Shown one piece after another: positions 36,601 to 50,369 of a stretch of 64,000 nt of DNA. Within the stretch, counting starts at the first letter, position 1. Every line of letters starts with the position of its first letter. The DNA is taken from positions 218,736,001-218,800,000 of the forward strand of contig OX597814.1 of assembly GCA_951406725.2 (NCBI GenBank), in the 5' to 3' direction. Position numbers and translations under genes: made by a program. Origin of the DNA: Octopus vulgaris (lineage: Eukaryota). Below the pieces are notes generated by a model. That model searched no databases, was not told where the DNA came from, and saw only the letters and a program-made list of their open reading frames with translations.

Positions 36601-36993
36601 GAAGAATATGTGTAAGTCTACTGAACTGTTTAAAACAGGTTTTGCTCCTTATATTTGGCACCAAACGGGATCTTTAGAACTTTACAGTTTTCTAACAATT
36701 GTACGGAACTTTGTTTTCCAAATATATGAGATATCTTGGGTATCTCCATGTCATTCATAATTACAAACTACAGTAGGAAAAGCTAATTTACAAAACAGAA
36801 AATTATTTAAGACGAATAAAGGAGCACACCATAGGTTAACACAGATTGAGCCATTTTGTTGAGCATTGAGCACAAACTTCTTCTGTGTGAATCATCGAAA
36901 GATTTTCTTTTGTTCAATGTGAAAAATATAACTTTTACTGAGTTGATTACCACGCAAGTAAAGAATTTATGCTTTAATATTTATATGTATTTT

Positions 36994-37157
36994 AAGGTGA
37001 CGACCTGGCACAATCGCTAACGCGGGCAAAATGCTTAATCGCTAATTCTTTCAACCTTTCGGGGTCAATAAACTAAGTACCATTTGAGTAGTGGAGTCAA
37101 TGTAATCGACTTAACCTTTCCCCGAAATTGCTGGCCTTGTGCCAAAATTTGAAACCA
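36994..37157 (+). mobile_element. SINE family C (internally deleted)
   Basis: Family match. Confidence 0.7.
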
Positions 37158-37469
37158 ATGTCTATATGTATTTTTGTTTTAATTTATGATCCCTTTATAA
37201 CATATGCTACAAATCCGTTCTAACTTAATCCGGCTCTGCTTCTCCACGAACTTTGATAGTTGGAGTACCCTTTGAACTTTCAGTAATTATATTTATCATT
37301 GCTTCTGCATTTGTTTAAATAGCTGCTAGAACTCTAGAAAAAAATCCATTAACATCGTCTTCATTGTATGTTTTTTCAAGCCTACAGGCCGATTGAGTCT
37401 GAGCTTATTCAAGTTTGTGAGGAGTTCAAACCAATGAGAATAGCAGAATCACTCCTGAACGAGAGACTC

Positions 37470-37659
37470 TAATTACCAGCACAATTAATGCCCCTCCCCA
37501 GTCTGCTGTCGCTGGATCTCATTGCCAGTTGAGGGTACCGAAACAATGTGAAATGAAGTACCTTGCTCAAGGATGCAGTGTGCAACCCGATCCGAGAATC
37601 GAACCCAGATCTAATGATTGTGAACTCAGTACCCCATCCACTATACCACACGCCTTCAC
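37470..37659 (-). mobile_element. Old tRNA-derived SINE (CORE-like family)
   Basis: TGGTATAGTGG A box, GGTTCGATTCT B box and TCCTTGAGCAAGGTACTT core. A related fragment is at about 42128-42260 (+). Confidence 0.6.
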
Positions 37660-38084
37660 AACGGACGCCACCAGAGAGTTGTAATTTGATTTAATAGACA
37701 GATACATCCTGTTTCATTGGCAGTCGCTGACAAAGAAGAAAAAAAACTGACTTCCTCCATGTCAGCTCGAGTTGTTGGCCTAATTTCTTCTGTACAACGA
37801 TTGATAAATTTATTTTACATTTGTGGTGGTGACAGATATATGGCATTACTATATTTTGTTTTATTTTGTTTTTGGACTTCTTAAAATGCTTCTTTTTTTT
37901 TTTTAAATAGTGCCAAGCATAGCTTTCTACTGAAATGAAATGCAGAAAGTTACCTTAATCTACATTATATGATTCACTCTAAGGTTCTATTGTTTTCTTT
38001 TCTTTTTGAACAACCGAATAATTACGTCAAGTATCGAGGGAATTATTAGTTGAAAGTATGACATAAACAATTTCCGTGAACAAA

Positions 38085-38503
38085 CAGTGTTTTTCAATCA
38101 GCTCAACGAAGAATTTGCATACTGTGCATTGCGTTGATTTTTGTGCTTGATGAATTTTTCATGGCCATCAACCATGTTTATCACCTTCCGCTGAGTTTCT
38201 CAAATTGGATTATACAGAACACTACGGTTCCGTAAAAAATTTTTTTTTCCGGTGTTCCCTGACTTGACGTGCCTTGTAGTAAATATTTATTTTATAAAAT
38301 AATGATATTCAACATTTTTTCAAACTGTTAAATTATTATATAATTTTATATGAATAAATTCTCTCTATAAGAATTTTTGTTTCGTTTAATATCAAATTAA
38401 ATTTAAAGCAGAGGTAAATCGTCCGTAAAATGTAGACATGGATCCCACAGTTTTTCGAAAATCGTATAAGGGTTCGACGACAAAATAATTTGAGGAATCG
38501 CTG
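38085..38503. mobile_element. hAT(Charlie)-like MITE, degenerate
   Basis: Imperfect TIR CAGTGTTTTTCAA / TTGAGGAATCGCTG; no clear TSD. Confidence 0.45.
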
Positions 38504-38701
38504 ACCTAAGGCATTTTTCAAATCACAGAGTGGAACATTTACACACTCCATACTTACAGCAGCCAATGATTGATGACAAAATGTAATGCAATATACATAA
38601 TGCGCTTCTTAGCCACTGGAACTCGGTTCCCCATGCTTGAAATATCTGTAGCGATAGAAATTTATTAGTATACACTATTATAATGAGTCGGAGTCAACAG
38701 T

Positions 38702-39376
38702 TGTGACGATAAAAATTTGTTGTTATGATTGTATGTTGTAGGATGTGAAAGATGAACAATGCATGAAGTTTTAAGAAAGTATTTATTTAGCGTTACGTTA
38801 CAAATACCTTGCCTCGACGGGCAGGTTGTGATAAATCCAAAAGCATGCGAAAGAAATATGCGGTAGAATGTTTCTTTGCATAGTTTGGCGTGCACAAATT
38901 GTTTGTAGTAATCCACAGATAGCAATAGAATGATGTTGTAAAAGAACAGAATTAGAGCTAGAGAGAGTTGTAGGGTGTTGTCTCACAGTTGCTGACAGTA
39001 ATCTTCATTCCTCCCTCTGACCAAGGTTCTAGCTGGTCAGCCAGACTTCGTTGTCACCGACTGTGACTAACTGATTTTTGCTTGGGGTGTGCTTGCTTTT
39101 ATAACTATCCAGAAGGATAGATATATCATTGAGAACAATAGATTTAGTTGGTGGTCTTGTTACCTCTATTCTAGCTTTTGGTGAAGTAGAAGAGGTTAGA
39201 AAGGGCCAAGTGGTGAAGACATTATTTCGGCCTAGCTAAAGGCATCTGGAAAATGTAAAACTGCTTTCAGAAAAGAAAAAACCATTGTTCCACCGTGGGA
39301 AAAGTTCTATTGCAGTGTTAATTTAAATTTTGCTATGGTGGATCGAATCCACTTCATGCTTGCAAGATCCACTACG
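38702..39376 (-). mobile_element. Gypsy-type LTR, second full copy, with degenerate PBS
   Basis: Collinear with 12025-12714. It ends ATCGTCACA and is followed by TGTTGACTCCGAC. Confidence 0.8.
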
Positions 39377-40011
39377 TATCTACGTTTACTTCTTTTCATA
39401 GGAAACAGAGAACTGTTTGGAAGACAATATGAGTTTGGTAGATATGAGATTATGTTATCTTTACAGATGGCGTTTATTTAAGCTTAGCGAATTAAGAAAA
39501 CAGAACCAGTGTATCTGTTGGAGTATTGTTCGAGTTTAGATTTAGAAATGGAATCTGCTGTCCTCACCCGAATTATGAACAGGAGTTACAGAAGAAAATA
39601 CACTGCTGTCATGCAAAGATACATCGTCAGTGGCCGATTTCGATATAAAGTGTATTCATAAGTAGAAACATTGTCAAAGAGACCACTAGATTTAGACAGG
39701 GGTGGGTGTGGGTCTTTGGCAGAGAGACTGGAATATTTAGAGTTTTCAGCAGAATCAGGCGGTTTCTATCAGCAAAGACCAAGACAGAGAGACTGGAAAA
39801 TCTAAATAAATGATTTTCGCCAATACAAACACTGTCAGGGAAACCACTGGAATTAGAGACAAAGAAATCAAAGAGTGGGGTGCTTCCGTCAGTAGAGTAT
39901 TCGAGAATATATCATCATCATTACAATCATTACCACCACTACTACTTGCAGAGAAAATAGCACTAATATCCATTTCAGTGTGGAATCTGTTAGCTTTATT
40001 TATGGTATGAG

Positions 40012-40433
40012 ACTCTCTTTACTCTTTTACTCTTTTACTTGTTTCAGCCATTTGACTGCGGCCATGCTGGAGCACCGCCTTTAGTCGAGCAAATCGACCC
40101 CGGGACTTATTCTTTGTAAGCCCAGTACTTATTCTATCGGTCTCTTTTGCCGAACCGCTAAGTTACGGGGACGTAAACACACCAGCATCGGTTGTCAAGC
40201 AATGCTAGGGGGACAAACACGGACACACAAACATATACACACACATACATATATATATATATATACATATATACGACAGGCTTCTTTCAGTTTCCGTCTA
40301 CCAAATCCACTCACAAAGCATTGGTCGGCCCGGGGCTATAGCAGAAGACACTTGCCCAAGATGCCACGCAGTGGGACTGAACCCGGAACCATGTGGTTGG
40401 TTAGCAAGCTACTTACCACACAGCCACTCCTGC
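40012..40433 (-). mobile_element. SINE family A, full length
   Basis: Family match. Confidence 0.9.
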
Positions 40434-41119
40434 AAAAATTATTTTTATTTTATGGAACGAAGTAATTTTGATGAAATACGAACATGAGCAGATTCAGGAT
40501 AACAAGTATTTAAAATATTTAAAATAATTTTTTTTTAACTGTGTCTAATGCAGACATCCATGGATTGCAATATCGTGCTACCTCCTTATGGCAAACAAAT
40601 TCTTCAACTCTATTCTTTGCAATGTTTGTATCAGCATACTTTTTTAGAATAGTAGACACGATTTCTGTATCAGCATAATTTTAAGAATAGTAAAGTTGTT
40701 TGGAGCACAACGTTTGTATCATCATATTTTTGGGATAGTATTGTTAAGGGCAAAACGGTTGTATCGAGATCTTTTTTAGAATAACGGCGCAACCTGTGAC
40801 AAAATTAACTTAAAACTATAATGTATTATTATCTGGTGTATAACATCTAAAATATTTGTTTGAGTATGTACAGGGAGTGTAAGCTAGATGATTGTCAAAT
40901 CTCGCCTAAGAATGATAATCATGCCCCAGACTACCTTTTAGACGACTCTATACTGCATTCAATAAATATTTTTTATTTCTTTCACTCTTTTATATGATAA
41001 TTTGATTGAAGCCACATTCTACTAATCCATATCATTGATCCAATGGCGAGCTGAGTGTATATATGCTCATGAATTAGGCTTCGCTCTCTGAGTTATCCCA
41101 TTATTTCATGACTGGCCAG

Positions 41120-41216
41120 AGCTTTAGGTGTTTTCGCTCAATAAACACTCACAACGCCCGGTCTGGGAATCGAAACCGCGAGTCCGCTGCCCTAACCACT
41201 GGGCCATTGCGCCTCC
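41120..41216 (-). mobile_element. 3'-truncated SINE B head between two identical 102-bp direct repeats
   Basis: 41018-41119 equals 41219-41320. Confidence 0.9.
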
Positions 41217-41411
41217 ACTCTACTAATCCATATCATTGATCCAATGGCGAGCTGAGTGTATATATGCTCATGAATTAGGCTTCGCTCTCTGAGTTATCCC
41301 ATTATTTCATGACTGGCCAGTGCTGATTAAATTAAACATACATCGACTGCCATCGTCGCGTAGAAAGGTAAAACACAGGTGATGCACTTCACTGTTGAGA
41401 ACCGATAAATG

Positions 41412-41638
41412 TTAACCTTTTCATGTTTAAACCGGCCATATCTGGCCCAAAATATTCTACCCCTTTTATGTTCAAACTGGCCATACCCTGCATCTCACAC
41501 ATTCGCTACGATATCGTACTAAAAATTAAAAAAAGCACATCATCAGAATCTCAATGTAAAATAACAAATGAGTATTTCAAAACAATGTGAACAAATAAAC
41601 ATATAAGAGTCAACAGAATAATCTGAATGCTAAAGGGT
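41412..41638. mobile_element. Degenerate piggyBac-like MITE
   Basis: TTAACCTTTT... to ...TAAAGGGTTG termini. Confidence 0.4.
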
Positions 41639-43299
41639 TGCGTTAACGGAGCCTCAAATTTAGGACAACACTTTTCCATCGAAGTGGTTCCCTTGACTGC
41701 TTCATGCTGACTATGGACGACATGGGAAGAATCTAAAGAGATTCGAAACGACAGTAATTCATTTCCCGATCGCAAACTCACATTAACTTGAACTTTAATA
41801 GAAAACAATCTTCAAAATAAGACTCAATTTCTTTATACATACGTGATGTATTATACATTAGCAAATGCATCGGTTCAGTCACTTTCAGAAAAAAACTTAT
41901 TTCAACAAATTCTGCAGCTACTGCTGCTGCTAATTCTGCTACTGCTGCCGCTACTGTTGCTGTTGTTGTTATTGTTGTTTAGCCCAAGGTCAACTATGAT
42001 TGAGTAAATTGATGGTCCAAGGTGTTTCAGCTCTGATCATTCCGTCTTATTTTATGACGTACAGAAGTGGACATTAGCAAATGGATCCTTTCTTTTTAAA
42101 AGATAATAGGGTGTGATTTGTTTTGGAAAGGTGTGTGGCCATGTCGACACATCTTAAGGCTGTGTGTTCGATTCCCAAGTCAGACTGCACGCTGTGTCCT
42201 TGAGCAAGGCATTTTATTTCATGTTATTCCTGTCCCTTCATTTGAAAATGGGTTACGCCTGCAGTAGATTGGCACCTCGCGGACTATGTATTTCAGATCT
42301 TGTACATATAAGGTATTTATGGTTCTCGATAGCTGCAGCTGTATGATGACGATGATGTGATTTAAGAAAGATTTAGTTATTATTTCTAGTAGGTTGTTCA
42401 ACCGTTTAGAGCAGGAGCTGTCAACATTTTTCCCGGCATACCCCCTTCGTCAGGTACGAAAGTGTTAGCGTAACCCATGTGAAGAATGTAGTGTAGAATA
42501 GTGTGATACCGTAGAACACAAAAGACATGTATTATTTGTTACTAATTTAATTATATTTAGCAACTTTGCTTTTCGTCCTTCAAGAATCGATAGAATAAAG
42601 TACCAGTCAAGTACTGAGATCAATAAAATCGATTGCTTCCTCATACAGATTTATAATTTTGTGCCAAACTGTGCAAGAAACCGTCTTTTAATTTAAGGCT
42701 ACGTTTTTTAACGAAACGTATTTTCTTGGCTTTCCCTGTCGAGTAACACAATCCTAGGCAGTTTCAGAGAAGCACGAGTGAAAGATAAAAGGTAAAAAAA
42801 AATAGACAATAGATGAAATGCAACTGAGAAGTTTCAACAGTCGAGTCGCTGAAATGTTTGCAGCTCCGTTGTTGCAGCTCCGTTGTTGCAACTCGGTTGT
42901 TTTTCTCTTCATAACACTAAATATTTTCCGTTCTGTTAATATGACAACTAAGAAAACAAATATATACAACTACAACTTGCAGCGCCTATTAACTGCAAAT
43001 AAACATTTAATTTCACAGTTTACGGTGCCGAGATACAATTCTCAGACACCTGTCACACACAGCTGTTATCGCAATTACAGGCGTGTCACACAAGTCAGTT
43101 ATAATAACCCCAAATTCTTAGCATTTCAAGGAAAGTTTTCGTGTAAATCGAAATGCCTCAAACTAACATGCACGATATAAACTAGTTTTCTCTTCTTTAT
43201 GGACAACTATGGAATTTATTACTTTTAAGAAATTTTATCCTGCTTGATTTCATTAAGTAGATTGCTAAGATTAATTATCATCTGAGAAAAAAAAAGTCA

Positions 43300-43595
<296 letters not shown>

Positions 43596-43829
43596 TATTC
43601 CATCAAGAAGCAGGCATTCAAGAAAGAGTTATGACAGAAAACTCCACCAGCAGAAAACTGGCCGGCAACCATTTGCGTTAAACGCGTGAATTAGAATGCC
43701 GAACGCCATGGCCAGCTTCAACGGCACGTGGGGAGTTGGAGTCAGTGGAGGCAGAGTTAATATATGCGGGGTGGGATAAGCAAAACACATACAGGATGCA
43801 GAAATGGACAAAGTGAAGACACACTTGTT

Positions 43830-44170
43830 GACTAAGAACCTTTGACAGGAAGCAGAGACGGAAAGTCTGATAATCGCTGCATAAAATCAGAATCTTGCAA
43901 TGTGTTCCTACCGCCATCGCTTCATCGAGGATGCAACAAATCTATAATCTGGGATCTATGGAAAATATGAAGAAACCATTAACCACATCGTCTCTGGACA
44001 CATGGAACTAGCGATCGCTGAATACATCCACATGCACAACAAGGCAGCGGCGCGGCTGCACCAGAGAATTTGCAGGTATTATAAAATAAAGACAACTGAG
44101 AAGTAGCATCAACATCAGCCAGAGATGGTCACTAAGAACATCAACATCCTCTGGGACATAGCCATACACA
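43830..44170 (+). mobile_element. Dong/R4-clade fragment (finger region)
   Basis: EETINHIVSG..ELA..EYIHMHNKAA..LHQRICRYY...HQPEMV...NILWDIAIHT. Confidence 0.75.
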
Positions 44171-44225
44171 CACTCAGGGAGAGAGGGAGCGCGCGGAAGA
44201 GAGAGAAAGGAGAGTTAAAAGAAGG

Positions 44226-44256
<31 letters not shown>

Positions 44257-44284
44257 TCAAAATCAAAAGTATGAGGAATATGAC

Positions 44285-45329
44285 ACTCACCCTTCGAATC
44301 GAGGCCAAGAAGATCGCGAAAGACATCGGCGTCAGAGACTTCTGCTCCAGCACACGGGCTTTCCGGTTTATGCGCAGGTAGGATCTGTACATCCGGCGCC
44401 ATACCCACATTGCACAGTGGCTGCCAGAAGATCTCGACAAGAAAACTGAGAGGTTCCAGTGGTTTATCATCAATCTGCATGAACGGCATCAGTACTCTCT
44501 GAGCCGCATCGGCAACGCAGACCAGACACTCCGCCTCACGTTCGATCTTCCGATGGTGATAGCTGTTTCTGAGAAGGAGGAGAAGACAGTGGAAATTGTC
44601 ACGACGGGTCACGAGGAGGACCGTAGTACGGTGATGCTGGCTTGCGTGGCCGACAGAGGAAAGCTGCCACCGTACGTCGTCTTCAAGAGGAAGACGCTAC
44701 CCAAAGACGCCAAGTTTCCGGAAGGTGCCATCGTTCGAGCCCAAGCGAAAGGCTGGATGGACCCGGCACTCATCGAGGATTGGCTTCAGGTAGTGTGTGT
44801 GTGGGCGGGGGCATCGCTGGACTGCATCAGAGAAGGAGCTTCTTGGTTCTGGACGCATTCAGATGCCACAAGTCAAAAGAAACCAAGGCGAAGATATGAC
44901 GTCTGAACATCGATATGTCTCAATGATAGCCGGAAGAATGACATCCCTTCTTCAACCCTTTGACGTTGCAAATCAACAAACTGTTTAAGGAGTGTCTCAA
45001 GCACCGTTGGGAGGATTGGATGGCCAATGCACTGAAGGAGACGGCAAAGATCAGGTGCACGAAGAAAGTCGACTTGGGGACGATCTGCGAGTGGATCCCG
45101 AAGGTTTGGGAGGAGATTCCAGAAGACATCATCAAGCGGGCTTTCCTGAAGTGCTGCATATCCAACGCGCTAGACGTCACAAAAGATGACATCCTGTGGG
45201 AAGACGACGATATCTCCCGACTTTTCTGACTCCAGCGATGACGAGGATAAACTGGTATATGCAGACGATCAAATCTATGAGGTATTCAACGGGTCGTCTG
45301 ACGACGAAGAGTTCTTAGGCTTCCAGTGA
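44285..45329 (+). pseudogene. pogo/Tigger (DDE_1) transposase pseudogene
   Basis: IGNADQT, TTGHEEDRSTVMLAC..DRGKLPPYVVFKRK, KGWMD, FLVLDAFRCH, TSLLQPFDV, INKLFK, IIKRAFLKCCISNALD, acidic tail; several frameshifts. Confidence 0.92.
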
Positions 45330-45781
45330 AGTCTCTACCCATTAGGGTCGGTCCTCTTTAGGACCACACATTTTCAAGAAAGAATATAAAGATCACAATA
45401 TGAATAAACCATATAAACACACCTAATAAAAAGACGTTCTCTTATTATCTCTTGCATTTAAAACTTGGACTTTATCTTCTTCCATTGATAATTATGGATA
45501 TCAATGATTGCAGTCGGAAATGTTTGTTAAGTATGAAATCATCGTGAAATAGAAGTTTGTATTCATCCCGCATTTCTCCGTTTTCATTATCCCCCGTTAT
45601 TTCCTGGTTTCCTCCACGTTTTTCCCCCGTCGGGGACCGAAAATCGGGGTTGGGCAGTTTATACACGGGTTCCGCTTATACAGCAGCATAGAGCAAGTGG
45701 AGAGAAGTAAAGAGAATAGGTAATCAAAGCAGTGGGGTAAGCTGTTCAATGTAAGTCAATATAATTTATATGCCTTGTTTA

Positions 45782-45998
45782 CAGCACTGGGTTAACCATT
45801 AAGCAAGTGCTTAGGGCAAATAAAGTGGAAATATACAAAAATAAACATTATTTTCCGTTTTTACTGTTTTGTTTCATTTTGAAAATAAAAATTTATTTTA
45901 TGGTTTATCGCTATTTATATTTTGAATTACATAATCTTTTATGGGGGCACCAAAATCTTTTAAGTGCTCAGGGCTTCTATAGGTCTTAACCCAGCTTT
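45782..45998. mobile_element. Short hAT-like MITE
   Basis: Imperfect TIR CAGCACTGGGTTAA / TTAACCCAGCTTTG. Confidence 0.5.
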
Positions 45999-47182
45999 GT
46001 TTGTTTTAACTATTGTGTATTTTTATTACACTTTTTCACTCCCCTCCCTTGTCCTTATATAACTTACCTATCGCCCACTCACCCGCCCACTTATTTGTAA
46101 ACCTGTTCATTGTTTGTTGTAACTCAGAGAAAAACTTTCGCGCCGTCCAAAATGCCTGAAGCTGCTTGCTCTATTAACATGCGATATAAATTACTTTAGT
46201 CTTCTTTATGGACGTCTGTGAATATTTATTACTCAAGATGTTTCTTGATTTTATTAACCCTTGAGATTATTGCTATTACTCTTATGTTTACTCTATCCGT
46301 TTTCCTCGTGTTAAATAAATAAAGAAAAAAAATCGCTATCCTCCTCCTCCTCCTCCTCATCATCATCATCATCATCATCATTATCATCGTCATCATCGCC
46401 GTCGTCGTCGTCGTCGTCATCATTGAGTGAGAGAGAGCAGCACATACCATCAAGTGACACCGGGATACAAATATACGAAACCCAATTCACTCATCATGGC
46501 TACCCGTCTGATAAGGGTACACCAGGAACACGCATCACAGCCACCTATACGCGACATGGTGACCTCATATCAAGATAAACGGCGCATGATCTTGCAGGTG
46601 GGTGGGGGCTGGTTAGAATTTTCTTCAGGTCGTGTAGCCCACCCCGTTCAAAAGGTCCTTGAATAAGGGTTGTTTAAGGATGTTGAACGAAATTTATGCT
46701 TCCGGAGGTGAATTATTCAAACCCCACAAGAATCCTTCTCAACACATGGCTATGATGCTCCCTTACTACTTCTGCTCGTAATCAGAGATGCACATATCGT
46801 CAGCCACTAAGGGACATGTTCAACTGGTTAAAGTCAAACTACTGACAAGCAAATCTTTGGTACTGAGCAGAATATTTGCTGTAGCCCATCTTTTACACAA
46901 AGACAAAGCATGTATATAGTAACACTTCCAATCAGTAAAGATCAGAAGCCAAGAGAGCCAGTACCTGGTATTGCATCAGGGCATTTATTAAATAATATCT
47001 TTTCTACTATAGGCACAAGGCCTGAAATTTTGATTATATCGATCCCAGTGCGCAACTGGTACTTATTTCATCGACCCCGAAAGGTTGAAATAAATACCAG
47101 TTACGCACTGAGGTCGATATAATAGACTAGCCCCTCCCCCAAAATTTCAGGCCTTGTTCCTATAGTAGAAAGGATTATTATT

Positions 47183-47216
<34 letters not shown>

Positions 47217-47224
47217 TTCTCAGA

Positions 47225-47665
47225 ACGTTCGGTCTTGTTTGTTCTGGTAGATTCTGTGAGGACGGACAGCAGCCTGTTGTCAGAGGTTTCACAGGGTCTC
47301 TTTCCGCACATTATAAACTTTGATACTTGGTTGTTAATCATCGTGGGAGGCATTCAACATTCAGGTACCAATCTAAAAACCCTAGCTGTCCCCAGCAGAG
47401 CAGTTTTGGGGGCTTGCTCTGCTCTCATGTCAATTCCGATTTCCTTGACATTTCTCGAACTTGGTTGCTCCGAATTCCCCTACAGCTACTGGAATGACAG
47501 ACACTCTCCTCGTGGTCCACATTCTTGCAATTTCGTCTTTTAGTAGTCTGTACTTTTCAATCTTTTCGAGTTCTTTGTCTCTTATGCCTGCATCTCCAGG
47601 TATTGCAATATCTATGATCTTGGTTTCCTTCCCCCTTTATCAACCACAACAACATCTGGTTTTCG
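47225..47665 (-). mobile_element. Dong/R4-clade 3'-end fragment with (AAC)n(AAT)n tail
   Basis: IIDIAIPGDAGIRDKELEKIEKYRLLKDEIARMW...VIPV, then KTALLGTARVFRLV. Confidence 0.8.
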
Positions 47666-47699
47666 AGCCTCGATTAGGGGGTCACACTGGATTGTAAAA

Positions 47700-48099
47700 T
47701 CTCACTGTACCTTATGTTCCTTGTTCAATAAGCAAACTCCTTATTGTTTTGGTCTTTCACAACAATATCTGGTTTATTGGCCTTGATGGTTCTGTCTGTA
47801 TGTACTGGCTTTACAAGTCCCACAGAATCGTTACATTTTCTCCTTCAGTTACAGCTTCAGGGTGGTGATTATACCACTTGTCGGCAGTTTTGATATTGTA
47901 ATGTCGACTTATTAGCCAATGTAGATATTGGCCAACTCTGTCATGTCTTAATTTATACTCCACTGGTGCTAAGACTTTACATCCAGAGATTAGGTGGTCC
48001 ACAGTTTCAATCATGTCGTTGCAGAATCGGCATTTTGGGTCTGCTCCATTTTTCATCACATTGGCCTGGTAGTTCCGGGTTAATAGGCTTTGATCTTGA

Positions 48100-48100
<1 letters not shown>
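47700..48100 (-). mobile_element. Dong/R4-clade fragment (CCHC plus start of RLE)
   Basis: QDQ...CRFCNDMIETVDHLISGC..LAPVEYKLRHDRVG...ILWD, then TDRTIKANKPDI; abuts (TAA)n. Confidence 0.85.
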
Positions 48101-48156
<56 letters not shown>

Positions 48157-48175
48157 CATCATCATCATCATCATC

Positions 48176-48245
<70 letters not shown>

Positions 48246-48387
48246 TCATCATCATCATCACCATCATCATCATAAATCATCATCATCATCTATCATCATC
48301 ATCATCATCACCACCTTCACTACCACCATCATCATCATCATCATCATCATCATCACCATCACCACCATCATCATCATCATCATCATC

Positions 48388-48419
<32 letters not shown>

Positions 48420-48427
48420 CATTATAG

Positions 48428-48481
<54 letters not shown>
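48100..48481. repeat. (TTA)n/(TCA)n compound microsatellite
   Basis: Direct read. Confidence 0.95.
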
Positions 48482-48482
<1 letters not shown>

Positions 48483-48783
48483 GTAAACCCAGCAGTGTCT
48501 GAGGTTGGGGGTCATTTGGTAGTTACTTTGTCCCTTCAGCAGTTGAAAGAGCAAAGTCAACGTTCCTCAGTCGGCTTGGTTTCTCTTGACTACCACAAAT
48601 CCGTTTGCATCCCGGTCGACACCGCTTTTCCCCAAATAAGGACCAGCTAAGTGATGGTTCGGCCGGTCAATAGATTCGACTTATTAAGGCCTTCGTTGAG
48701 TAGGGTTCACCATGGTTGTCACACCCCGTTTGGTTGTCCTTTCTAGGGCAGCAGCGTTTCTTGTGCCTAAGAAGTCCTATGAC

Positions 48784-49557
48784 CAGCGGCGGATCGTAAA
48801 TAAAAGTAATGGGGGCGCTGCTTTAGAAAACCGTAGAAAGCCGTTGTTCTAATATTGTGTAAAAGGAAACAAACATATAAAAAGAATCTTTATACATAAA
48901 CTTGATTGGTTCGCGTTTCAGCCACTGCCGGGGAGTGTGTTTAAATTGTTCACTGAACATCGCCGCGAATTCCCCATCGTTTTTCAAAAATTCCCCTTAA
49001 CTCACAAAATAGGGGGAGGTGAGTGGATGTGCCCTATTTTGTAAATCCTGGCAGCAACACTGAAGCTGGAAGCAGAATAATAATCTAATTCTACACTTTA
49101 TCACATTCGAGAATGTGAACATGTTTTTAAGCACAACACACGCAGAGTCAAAAAATAACACTACCTTTCACCTGCACCGCGTGAATAACAGTGCTGTCTC
49201 TCCCTAGCGTGAAACTTCCTATCAATAGATTCGACTTATTTTCACATAGTCTCCATATTATTATCCTTATTATCATTCAATAGTCTCATTTTTATCACGC
49301 GCTTTCACTTCACTACCCAGCGCAGCCAAACACCGCGTCACTGGAGCTGTGAAGCGCTCAGTTCTATACAAGGATTTTTGTATTTTTTTGATAAACTGGG
49401 GGATAGCTATTGACGTTAAGCTTAAGGATTATATAATGTACAAGTATAAAGAAAGAATTAAAGAAAAAAGGACTCATTATACTGGATGTTATCGATGATA
49501 TCGAATGGAAACAGGGGGCGCTGCAGTTCCGCAGCTCCAGTACACGAGCCGCTACTG
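48784..49557. mobile_element. hAT-type non-autonomous element
   Basis: TIR CAGCGGCGGATCGT / ACGAGCCGCTACTG, 8-bp TSD CC(T/C)ATGAC, and subterminal GGGGGCGCTGC at both ends. Confidence 0.75.
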
Positions 49558-49989
49558 CCCATGACAGAATGGAAGAACCACATCTCTACCCCACGCTCAC
49601 CCCAACCCACACCCCACCCTTACTTACCCCACCCTCGCCTCCCAAACACACCAACACCACCACATTACACACCACCACACCACACACCACCATACCACAC
49701 CACACCGCATCATACCACCCCGCAAACACTAATACCCTCACCATCATCCACACACCTATACATGCACACACGTACACGTCAAGGTCACCAGCCCCTATCC
49801 ACACGCACATACACACACTCACATACACACGCTCGCGCACCTTCGTTTTGAGATCACCACTACTCTTTTACCTCCCCTTCTTCCTAGCTCACCTGTCTGA
49901 CCACCTCTGTCCGGCATTCACCATGGTTGATCGCTAGCCACTAAAGTGATGAACAGAGGTATGCACGGCTGACAAGGAATAGGATCTCC

Positions 49990-50095
49990 ACTGTGGAATG
50001 AAGAACAATTGCAACAGCTCAGAGAATAGCAAATTCTATGAAGCAGCTTTCAATTATGATCCAGCAATTCATTATGCAGACGACACTACAGTTTG
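49990..50095 (+). mobile_element. Possible Helitron coding remnant
   Basis: EAAFNYDPAIHYADDTTV resembles the AFxYD motif upstream of the Helitron Rep zinc finger; short. Confidence 0.35.
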
Positions 50096-50159
50096 CAAGA
50101 ACGTAGCAGAGTACAGTATAAAGCTCGTCCACCTTCAGTGGAAGAGCTTTATGTATGTG

Positions 50160-50198
<39 letters not shown>

Positions 50199-50208
50199 TT
50201 GTGTGTGT

Positions 50209-50332
50209 GGAGGCACATGGCCTAGTGGTTAGAGCAGTAGACTCGCGGTCGAGGGATCGCGGGTTCGAATCTCAGACCGGACGATGTATGTGTTTATGAG
50301 CGAAACACCTAAGCTCCACGCGGCTCCGGCAG

Positions 50333-50336
<4 letters not shown>
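50209..50336 (+). mobile_element. SINE B-related 5' fragment (older subfamily)
   Basis: GGAGGCACATGGCCTAGTGGTTAG...GGTTCGAATC...GGCTCCGGCAG, truncated at (TA)n. Confidence 0.75.

Positions 50337-50369
<33 letters not shown>

Noticed and set aside
46420-46985. Complex-sequence block, possibly an snRNA- or 5S-derived SINE
   Set aside because: Single copy in the window, and I could not match it convincingly to 5S, U2, U5 or 7SK; left unannotated.
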